Below are positions 57,982-64,000 of a stretch of DNA of 64,000 nt, in pieces. This stretch comes from a virus. Its lineage: Duplodnaviria > Caudoviricetes. The notes under the pieces are model-generated. The model saw only the letters and a program-made list of their open reading frames with translations. It was not told where the DNA came from and did not search any database. A program made the position numbers and the translations under genes. The stretch spans positions 946-64,945 of the IMG/VR virus record IMGVR_UViG_3300050821_000708, one strand, 5' to 3'. Every line of letters starts with the position of its first letter. Within the stretch, counting starts at the first letter, position 1.

Positions 57982-58437
57982 TCAGTGCTTTGGGTGGCCC
58001 TTGCCCTTGGACGGGCTTGTGCTGCCCCGAGCCGTGACTCTTGGGCTGGTGACTGTTGACCTTTTTGGGGGCGTCACGACCTGTGGAATCAGTACGAATC
58101 GTGTCGGGACGGCGATGCCGTGAGCCCGGAGGTACTGCAAGACAGCCCGGAGGTCAGCGGCGGACTGGTCGGCGCGAGCGAGGAGAATGGCTCGCTCTTT
58201 GGAATCCTCGGCTGCTCGCTGATCAGCGGCGTGTTGTCGAGCGACGATCTCAGCGATCAACACGGAGTTCTGCGCGGTGACGATCTCGTTCTGCTGCGTG
58301 ACGATCTTGCTCTGCTGGGCAAGATTGTCGCGCTCCGTGGCCGCGTGTAGGCCACTCCAGACGACGAAGATCACGAGTGCCAGTCCTGCCAGAGCAGCGA
58401 CGAGACGCCAACCGAGTACACGAGGTTGTTCAGACAT
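57982..58437 (-). CDS. membrane-anchored coiled-coil protein
   Basis: N-terminal TM segment, coiled region, Pro/Thr-rich tail. Confidence 0.65.
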   Translation of the reverse strand: MSEQPRVLGWRLVAALAGLALVIFVVWSGLHAATERDNLAQQSKIVTQQNEIVTAQNSVLIAEIVARQHAADQRAAEDSKERAILLARADQSAADLRAVLQYLRAHGIAVPTRFVLIPQVVTPPKRSTVTSPRVTARGSTSPSKGKGHPKH

Positions 58438-58450
58438 AGGAACTCCCTGA

Positions 58451-58732
58451 TCAGACAGTCCCGCTCGCCTTGAGCGCGACACCGATCACAGCCAACAGTA
58501 CCGCGCCGATGACGAGGCTCTGCCCCCATACCAGCCAGCGCTGGTGGGAGCCGATCATCTTCCACACGGCCTTCTGGTCCGAACCGTAGACATCCTTGCG
58601 AACGTAGTTGTCGCTGACATCCTTGCGGACCTCTTTGATCTCTGCCGTGAACTCCTTCATGGCAGAGGTCAACTGTGTCATCGTGGAATTGAGCACAGCG
58701 ATGTGCTCGTTACTCGTCAACTCCGGCATCAA
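58451..58732 (-). CDS. small membrane protein
   Basis: Coiled N-terminus, YVRKD.Y, C-terminal TM. Confidence 0.65.
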   Translation of the reverse strand: MMPELTSNEHIAVLNSTMTQLTSAMKEFTAEIKEVRKDVSDNYVRKDVYGSDQKAVWKMIGSHQRWLVWGQSLVIGAVLLAVIGVALKASGTV

Positions 58733-59583
58733 ATCGACCCTTCAAATGGAGATCCCACGGGGACCGCGCTGGTGCGGCGAGGGCCGCGCTTGTTCGGATT
58801 GAAGACCTGCGCGTTACGCGTCGGGGATCCCACCGGATTCCACTTGAGGATGAACTGGTCCACGATGTCGATGCCGGTCAAGCCGTTCGGGAACAGGCCA
58901 GCCTGAATGGTGAATGAGACACCATTGCGGACCACGTTGGTGACACCACGCGGCAGCGAGCACTTGCCCTTGGGGACACACGCCTGCGCGAACTCGATTG
59001 CGAGGTAGGCGACGGCGAGCCTGCCATCCTCAGCGACCGGGTACGACTTGCTGTAGGTGATCGAGTAGGTGCCGACCTCAGTGTCAGGCAGGTCAAGGTT
59101 CTGGACAGTCGGGATCGGAGACGGGCCGACACCCTGCCACACCAGCAGATGACCGTCATCCAGTCGCCAGTCGCCATTGGCCAGATCGACGGTAGACCCG
59201 TTGATCAGGAACTCCTCGATGTATCCGACCGGGCCGGGAATGTCGATCTCGCTCTGGGGCGTGCAGACCGCTCCACAGCCACAGGTGTTGCGCCAGACAC
59301 CGTTCTCATCGACGTTGGGCTGCCAGCCGCCGACAGCGATGCCGAAGCGGTACGGGGCGAGCCCTCCGGGGAGCCAGATGTAGGGGTTCCAGAAATCTCC
59401 GCAGGCGCAGAGTTTGCGCCCGACACAGGGTCGGATCGTGATGGGGCACGTTCCGACCCTGTAGTTGGTGAGCATTTGCAGGGCTGACGTGGCGAGCATG
59501 AGGGAGCGCTCCTTGACCGAGATGTCAAAGGCGTCCCACTTATCGCCCAGACAAGCAGGGTCCGCTTCCCACACGCACGTCAT
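58729..59583 (-). CDS. head-to-tail adaptor
   Basis: C.W..D..C, A...L..LT..R.G.C....RP, LA.EFA.AC...C.LP..V..V.R.GV, GLTG...VD......NP. Confidence 0.8.
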   Translation of the reverse strand: MTCVWEADPACLGDKWDAFDISVKERSLMLATSALQMLTNYRVGTCPITIRPCVGRKLCACGDFWNPYIWLPGGLAPYRFGIAVGGWQPNVDENGVWRNTCGCGAVCTPQSEIDIPGPVGYIEEFLINGSTVDLANGDWRLDDGHLLVWQGVGPSPIPTVQNLDLPDTEVGTYSITYSKSYPVAEDGRLAVAYLAIEFAQACVPKGKCSLPRGVTNVVRNGVSFTIQAGLFPNGLTGIDIVDQFILKWNPVGSPTRNAQVFNPNKRGPRRTSAVPVGSPFEGSI

Positions 59584-59588
59584 GGGGG

Positions 59589-59978
59589 TCAGCCTACCGC
59601 AGGATCAGCCACAGGCTGGTTTCCAGAAACCGGCGGTTCGTCCGGTTCGTCCGGTGCGTCAGCCTGCGAGCCACTCACCGAGGAGATATCCAGTCCGCCG
59701 TCAGTCGCCGGATTGTAAACCTCGCTCGACACCACTTGACCCGTGACGATCGGTGTAGAAGGAAGGGAGTTCAGGTTCAGATTGGCCAGCGTCAACACAT
59801 GGGCGATGCCGGATAGACCAGCAAGGACCATGATCAGGAAAGCCGCATCAATGTTGTCGATGTGACCCTTGGCCAGCAGGTAGGAGACCGTCCCGGCACC
59901 GAAGGTAACCGAGAGCAGGCCGATGACGTACGCGAGAACGCGTAGCCAGAGCGGGAGGCGAACAGTGTTGTCGTCCAT
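59589..59978 (-). CDS. holin (putative)
   Basis: Two TM segments, directly after the endolysin. Confidence 0.65.
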   Translation of the reverse strand: MDDNTVRLPLWLRVLAYVIGLLSVTFGAGTVSYLLAKGHIDNIDAAFLIMVLAGLSGIAHVLTLANLNLNSLPSTPIVTGQVVSSEVYNPATDGGLDISSVSGSQADAPDEPDEPPVSGNQPVADPAVG

Positions 59979-61189
59979 CAGGCGACACCCTTCCAATCAG
60001 CGGTGGTGCTCCGAGCGGCCTTTCCGCGCGGAGTCATGAGCGGGTACAGGCTACCGAGGTTGGCAGCGTAGTGCTTGATCAGACCGACCTGCTGGTCGGC
60101 AGCGGCCTTCTGCTGAGCCGTCATGGTCGGCGGCTTGACGATGACCTGCTTGGACTTGGAGAAGGCGATCAGGGCTGCCCTGCTCGGGAAGTTCAAGACA
60201 TCACCGTCGATGTTCGCACCGTGAGTGTCCTGCACGTAGCCGAACTGCTGGACCTTCCACGGAGCAACCACGTTCGGCTGTCCCGGAGGGTTGTTCGGGT
60301 CAGCGGGCCAGAAGGCATCCCCGTAGTTGGAACTCTGATCGATCTGCTTCCAGAAGTACAGGTTGCAGTACAGCGCCACGATGTGGAGCGGCTGCTTGGC
60401 CTGCAATCGGCTGAGCGATCGATCCTTCTCGTCGCTGCTCGGCCATGCGCCCTTGTAGGCCTCCCAGTCGTAGGAGAGCCAGTCAGTGTCTCCCAGAGAC
60501 GGGATCTTGGACAGGAAGAAGTCCACCTGACTCTCGGCGCTGACGCCGACCTGCGCGGCGCTGTGACCGAACATGTAGTAGTTGACGACTGCCTTGATGG
60601 AACGTGCCCACGCGGCCTGCGCTGCGGCCTTGGGATTGACGTACCAGACGACCTTGCCTGAGGAGTCCTTGTAGACCTCAGTGAGTTTGATACCCACCCA
60701 GTCGGGGACGAAGTTCAGGGACGGCGCTACGTCCTGATACGCCGAGATGTCGATTCCGCGAAGCATGGATGCCTCCTGTGGGGCTGGAACGGTGTAGAGG
60801 ACCGGCTTCACGTGATGCCAGTAGTCGAACGGTGCGACTCTCTCCTCGTAGTGGAGATGCGGTCCGGTGACGTTGCCTTCTGCGCCAGACGTACCAATGC
60901 GCTGGCCAGCAGCGACGTGCTGACCGATGGAGACGCTGAATGCCTCCATGTGCGCGTAGAGATGACGTAGTTTCTGGCCCTTGTAGACCGACTCAATCAT
61001 CACTTGGTGGTAGCCATACGCCGAACCTCCGACGTTGCCAGTACCGACAACCACCCCGTCATAGGTGGAGAAGATCGGAGTACCGACGGGACAGCCAAAG
61101 TCAACTCCAGTGTGGTATCCCGCCATGTAGTTCCCCGGCACACCGTATGCCAGTGTGATCGGGGTTCCACGAGGGACCGGAAGCACCAT
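59978..61189 (-). CDS. endolysin: M23 peptidase + GH25 muramidase
   Basis: HTGVD, YAH, GNVTGPHLHYE (M23); GIDISAYQ, IK.TE, YDWE, QQF...DGD (GH25). Confidence 0.9.
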   Translation of the reverse strand: MVLPVPRGTPITLAYGVPGNYMAGYHTGVDFGCPVGTPIFSTYDGVVVGTGNVGGSAYGYHQVMIESVYKGQKLRHLYAHMEAFSVSIGQHVAAGQRIGTSGAEGNVTGPHLHYEERVAPFDYWHHVKPVLYTVPAPQEASMLRGIDISAYQDVAPSLNFVPDWVGIKLTEVYKDSSGKVVWYVNPKAAAQAAWARSIKAVVNYYMFGHSAAQVGVSAESQVDFFLSKIPSLGDTDWLSYDWEAYKGAWPSSDEKDRSLSRLQAKQPLHIVALYCNLYFWKQIDQSSNYGDAFWPADPNNPPGQPNVVAPWKVQQFGYVQDTHGANIDGDVLNFPSRAALIAFSKSKQVIVKPPTMTAQQKAAADQQVGLIKHYAANLGSLYPLMTPRGKAARSTTADWKGVA

Positions 61190-62088
61190 CAGAACAGGCT
61201 TTCAGGCTTGACCTCGGACATGTAGTTCTCCACATCGGTCTTGACCTGCTCCACGACCGACTCGATGGCCTTGATCCCACTCTCCACGATCTGGAGAACT
61301 CCCTCGGCGGTCGGACCCACAGGCGCAGGCGTCGGAGTCGGCTCAGGGGTCGGAGCAGGCACCGGCTCCGGCTGAGGAGTAGGCGAGGGAGCCGGTGCCG
61401 GTACGGGAACGGTGAACACGGTGCAATCGCCGTTCTGGCCGAGCAGAGCACCGAGGTCCGACCAGATCATCCAACCACGACCCTGAATGCCCCACGAGTC
61501 GCTCCACGAGTTCGTGAACCAGACACGCTTGTTCTCCACGTCGATCTCGTCCAGCACGATCTCGTGACCACCGACGACGCTGCCGACCGGGGAGACCTGA
61601 CCCTCAGGGGTCGTGTTCTCCATCAAGTCGTACCAGTTGATGCCGATGATGACCGGCTGCTTGGCCAAAGCCGCGAGCGTGGCGTTCAGCGAGAAGGCGT
61701 GCTGGTAGGCCGGGATCAGTCCCCGCTTCTTGAGCACCTTCGCGATGGCCAGACCGGAGCCACCGTTGTCGTTCGGCGGGTAGGGACCAAATCCGAGCGC
61801 GACTTCCTCGTCGGAGTAACACCCGAGCGCGTACTGCTCGTCCACGTCCGGGTTCTGGGTCAGCACGGACTCACCCACCGCTGGCCAGAAGGCTCCGGTG
61901 CCCAGTGCGCCGACGGCAGCGTTCGCGGTACACGAGCCGACCTCACCCTGATTGAAGACCGGAACGTAGCGCTCATGGCGAACGGAGACCAGCGCGGCGA
62001 TCTCCTCGTCCGTGGGCTCCTCGATGGCGAAGTTGCGACTGAGTGGGTCGTGATCTACGAACCGGGCCAACTTGTAGGGAAATGTCAT
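61189..62088 (-). CDS. papain-like (C1) cysteine peptidase with Pro/Thr linker
   Basis: NQGEVGSCTANA, GGHEI, NSWSDSWG; ATG 62088 after AAGGAG. Confidence 0.85.
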   Translation of the reverse strand: MTFPYKLARFVDHDPLSRNFAIEEPTDEEIAALVSVRHERYVPVFNQGEVGSCTANAAVGALGTGAFWPAVGESVLTQNPDVDEQYALGCYSDEEVALGFGPYPPNDNGGSGLAIAKVLKKRGLIPAYQHAFSLNATLAALAKQPVIIGINWYDLMENTTPEGQVSPVGSVVGGHEIVLDEIDVENKRVWFTNSWSDSWGIQGRGWMIWSDLGALLGQNGDCTVFTVPVPAPAPSPTPQPEPVPAPTPEPTPTPAPVGPTAEGVLQIVESGIKAIESVVEQVKTDVENYMSEVKPESLF

Positions 62089-62130
62089 CGTGCTCTCCTT
62101 GCTGTGGTTTCTGGAAACTCGTGTCACATT

Positions 62131-62889
62131 CTACGTGTCGTAGGCGTACCGCAGGCCATCAAGTCCGATGAATCCGCCAGCGGGTACAGCGACCAAAGTC
62201 TGAGAAGTTCCTGATGTCAGGAAGGAGACCATTCCAGCCGCCACAGCCGAGCCGTTGTAGATGCAACAACCCTGCACATCGTTGCCCGCTGGAAGGTATC
62301 CAGCCGGTTCCGTGAAGATGTTCGCGTTGGCAGCGACACCAGCCGCTGTGGTGGCCACTCCACGGAAGCGAACGAAGCCATCTTCGATCTTGTACTGGGG
62401 AACCTGCCACCCTCCGAGCGCCGCCCAGCCCGAGGACAGGGTGAGGTTCTGCCAGCCACCAGAGACAGGACTCGTGGTTGGGACAGCGCCTCGACCAGTC
62501 TCGTGCCACGCGACCAGAGTCTCGTCGTACTGGAACTCGACCCAGAACCGCGAGTTCTGCGGGATCGGAGGCTGGATGCCACGCTTGAAGTAGAACGTTC
62601 CCGGCATCACCAGACCCACGTTGTACGCGCCGGTCTGCAACACGATGCGGAGACGCTGACCCGGCATGAGGGTCGTGGATGGGGTGACGGTCACCGTGAG
62701 CGTCCCCGCTGCGGAGAAGGTGAACTTCCACGTGACGACGCCCGCGTTCAGCATCGGGTCAACAGTGACTGCTGTGGCTCCCGTGTACGGACCCTGCCAG
62801 CCGGAGTCGTTACCTCCAGCGAGAATGCCCGCGACGAGATAGGCCGTGTAGAAGTCGAGTGTTCCGGCCTTCGGAAGTGGGTTACCCAT
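62131..62889 (-). CDS. minor tail/fibre-like protein
   Basis: GWQNLTL.SGW, PQY....G.V.FRG, IFT.P.GY.P motif of fibre C-terminal domains. Confidence 0.7.
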   Translation of the reverse strand: MGNPLPKAGTLDFYTAYLVAGILAGGNDSGWQGPYTGATAVTVDPMLNAGVVTWKFTFSAAGTLTVTVTPSTTLMPGQRLRIVLQTGAYNVGLVMPGTFYFKRGIQPPIPQNSRFWVEFQYDETLVAWHETGRGAVPTTSPVSGGWQNLTLSSGWAALGGWQVPQYKIEDGFVRFRGVATTAAGVAANANIFTEPAGYLPAGNDVQGCCIYNGSAVAAGMVSFLTSGTSQTLVAVPAGGFIGLDGLRYAYDT

Positions 62890-62890
62890 G

Positions 62891-63889
62891 TCAGGCTCCG
62901 TGCGCTTGTAGGAACGCGATGATGTCAGCGTCCTTGGTCCCGGAGTAATTCACGGTATCAAGGATTGTCTGTTCGCTGTGGCCGTTCGGGCCAACGTTGA
63001 CGATAGGTACACCAGCGCCACCGTTCGCCGCTGCTGCGAAGGCCGTCTGCTGGCTCGGGAAGACGATGGTGTCAGCCGAGGAGTAGTACAACTTCGTCGG
63101 CACCGTCAGGCTGGCCGCGAGCGACTGAATGTCGGCTCCCGAAGGAAGCGCCGTGAGGATGCCTGCCTTGGTTCCCGAGGTGGTCGCGGTGGCCGGGGTG
63201 CTCAGCGTGGCGTGAGTGGCATCCACATAGGTGATCGTGGTGCCCACAGGGACGCCTGCGGCTGCCCAGAGCACCTTCCCGTTGTCACCGGCTGTGAAGG
63301 CCGCTGTGGCGCTGCTGATGGCCGTAGAGCCGTTCGTGGTCACGAGGTCAGAGAACGCTCGGGGAACAGTGACACCCCACGCAACAGCGATCTGGTACGC
63401 GGTACTGGTCGATCCCGCGTCAGCGCTACCCACGTTGGTGCGGTAGAACAACTTGAGATCGGTCAGCGGAATGACCCCGACGACAGCCGCGACCTTGGTG
63501 GGGTTGAGGATCGCGTACCGAAGGACAGTCAGACCACCCATCGAACCACCAATCAACACGGCCTTGTTCGCGGGAGTTCCGAACTTCGTGTGAAGGTAGT
63601 TGATCTGGTTGTCGATGTCCGTCATGGAGGCGTCGTTGCCCCACGCTTGGAAGGAGTTGTCACAAGCGATCCACGGGATGCCGCCCTGCAACGCGAGGTA
63701 GGACGCGAACGGCTGAGACCCATAGTTCAAGACATACGTCCACGACGCAGCCGTCCCACCAGAGCCATGAGCGAGAATCGCCGGGTACTTGGTGTTGGGA
63801 CGGCGCTGAGCACCCGGTGTGCAAACGATGTTGTCGTTTCCAGAACGGATGTCTCCAGTGCGGTAAGACAGGCTGTAGGAGTTCGTCAT
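62891..63889 (-). CDS. alpha/beta hydrolase (esterase-like) with beta-rich insertion
   Basis: AHGSGG, GGSMGG nucleophile elbow, D(TIV), GH; ATG 63889. Confidence 0.8.
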   Translation of the reverse strand: MTNSYSLSYRTGDIRSGNDNIVCTPGAQRRPNTKYPAILAHGSGGTAASWTYVLNYGSQPFASYLALQGGIPWIACDNSFQAWGNDASMTDIDNQINYLHTKFGTPANKAVLIGGSMGGLTVLRYAILNPTKVAAVVGVIPLTDLKLFYRTNVGSADAGSTSTAYQIAVAWGVTVPRAFSDLVTTNGSTAISSATAAFTAGDNGKVLWAAAGVPVGTTITYVDATHATLSTPATATTSGTKAGILTALPSGADIQSLAASLTVPTKLYYSSADTIVFPSQQTAFAAAANGGAGVPIVNVGPNGHSEQTILDTVNYSGTKDADIIAFLQAHGA

Positions 63890-64000
63890 CGTGCGTACGC
63901 TGCAATCCAAGAATGACCGAAGGTCTGGTTGGTCCCGCCGCCATTGCGGGTGAACGTGGCGAGTGAACTTCCCTCTTGGGTCGTGCTCGCACCGAGAGCG
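63886..64000 (-). CDS. 3' end of an upstream gene (partial)
   Basis: Open frame ...ALGASTTQEGSSLATFTRNGGGTNQTFGHSWIAAYAR* ending in an ATGA overlap. Confidence 0.55.
   Translation of the reverse strand, partial: ALGASTTQEGSSLATFTRNGGGTNQTFGHSWIAAYAR

Larger units (their letters stand above)
1670..62118. repeat. dispersed 12-bp near-palindrome GTTTC-NN-GAAAC, 36 copies
   Basis: GTTTCCAGAAAC or its reverse complement GTTTCTGGAAAC starting at 1670, 3544, 5105, 10805, 11691, 14438, 16680, 17577, 17771, 17822, 18731, 19803, 21441, 22861, 23150, 25828, 28196, 29438, 30893, 32689, 33964, 35244, 37983, 38994, 42023, 43788, 46398, 49819, 51383, 55298, 57408, 59619, 62107; GTTTCCGGAAAC at 20704, 40222, 44981. 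Confidence 0.95.

Noticed and set aside
1670-62118. 12-bp repeats as a CRISPR array, transposon ends or canonical parS
   Set aside because: Too short and dispersed for CRISPR, with no regular spacers; no transposase; spacer is 2 bp rather than ACGT, and no parA/parB gene was recognised.
40397-63846. Degenerate 12-bp copies at 40397, 40549 (GTTTCACGAAAA), 53856, about 59385 and 63836
   Set aside because: One or more mismatches; not counted among the 36, although some may be functional.
1-64000. tRNA genes, integrase/attP, reverse transcriptase (DGR/retron), introns or inteins
   Set aside because: No cloverleaf, recombinase, RT or intein motifs were recognised by eye; terminase, PolA and helicase have ordinary lengths. 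A few kb of the genome probably lie outside the window.

Overview
Almost the whole genome of a high-GC tailed actinobacteriophage (siphovirus-type), apparently circularly permuted. The window opens inside the major tail gene and closes upstream of the lysis/tail block on the same (-) strand. The - strand carries virion genes: 1-17.5 kb holds an RHH protein, terminases, a glycosyltransferase, portal, a Nudix-fused maturation protease, a fibre cassette, two capsid proteins and the tail tube; 46.6-64 kb holds hydrolases, lysis, neck, chaperones, tape measure and minor tails. The + strand (18-46.7 kb) carries early/replication genes: many small ORFs, MoxR ATPase + vWA, VRR-NUC, DUF2800, SSB, PolA, SNF2 helicase, prim-pol, a RecA-like ATPase and glycosyltransferases. 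I saw no integrase, tRNA or CRISPR array. The most striking unexplained signal is a 12-bp near-palindrome, GTTTC(CA/TG/CG)GAAAC, which I found by eye 36 times across the genome, inside genes and at promoters. It is accompanied by a second palindrome (TGCGAY-N1-2-RTCGCA) concentrated in the early region, a start-associated motif (ATCCAACAGATAGG), several RHH/HTH/zinc-finger proteins and four structured non-coding elements. All family assignments come from motif recognition, not database searches, and motif counts are manual.
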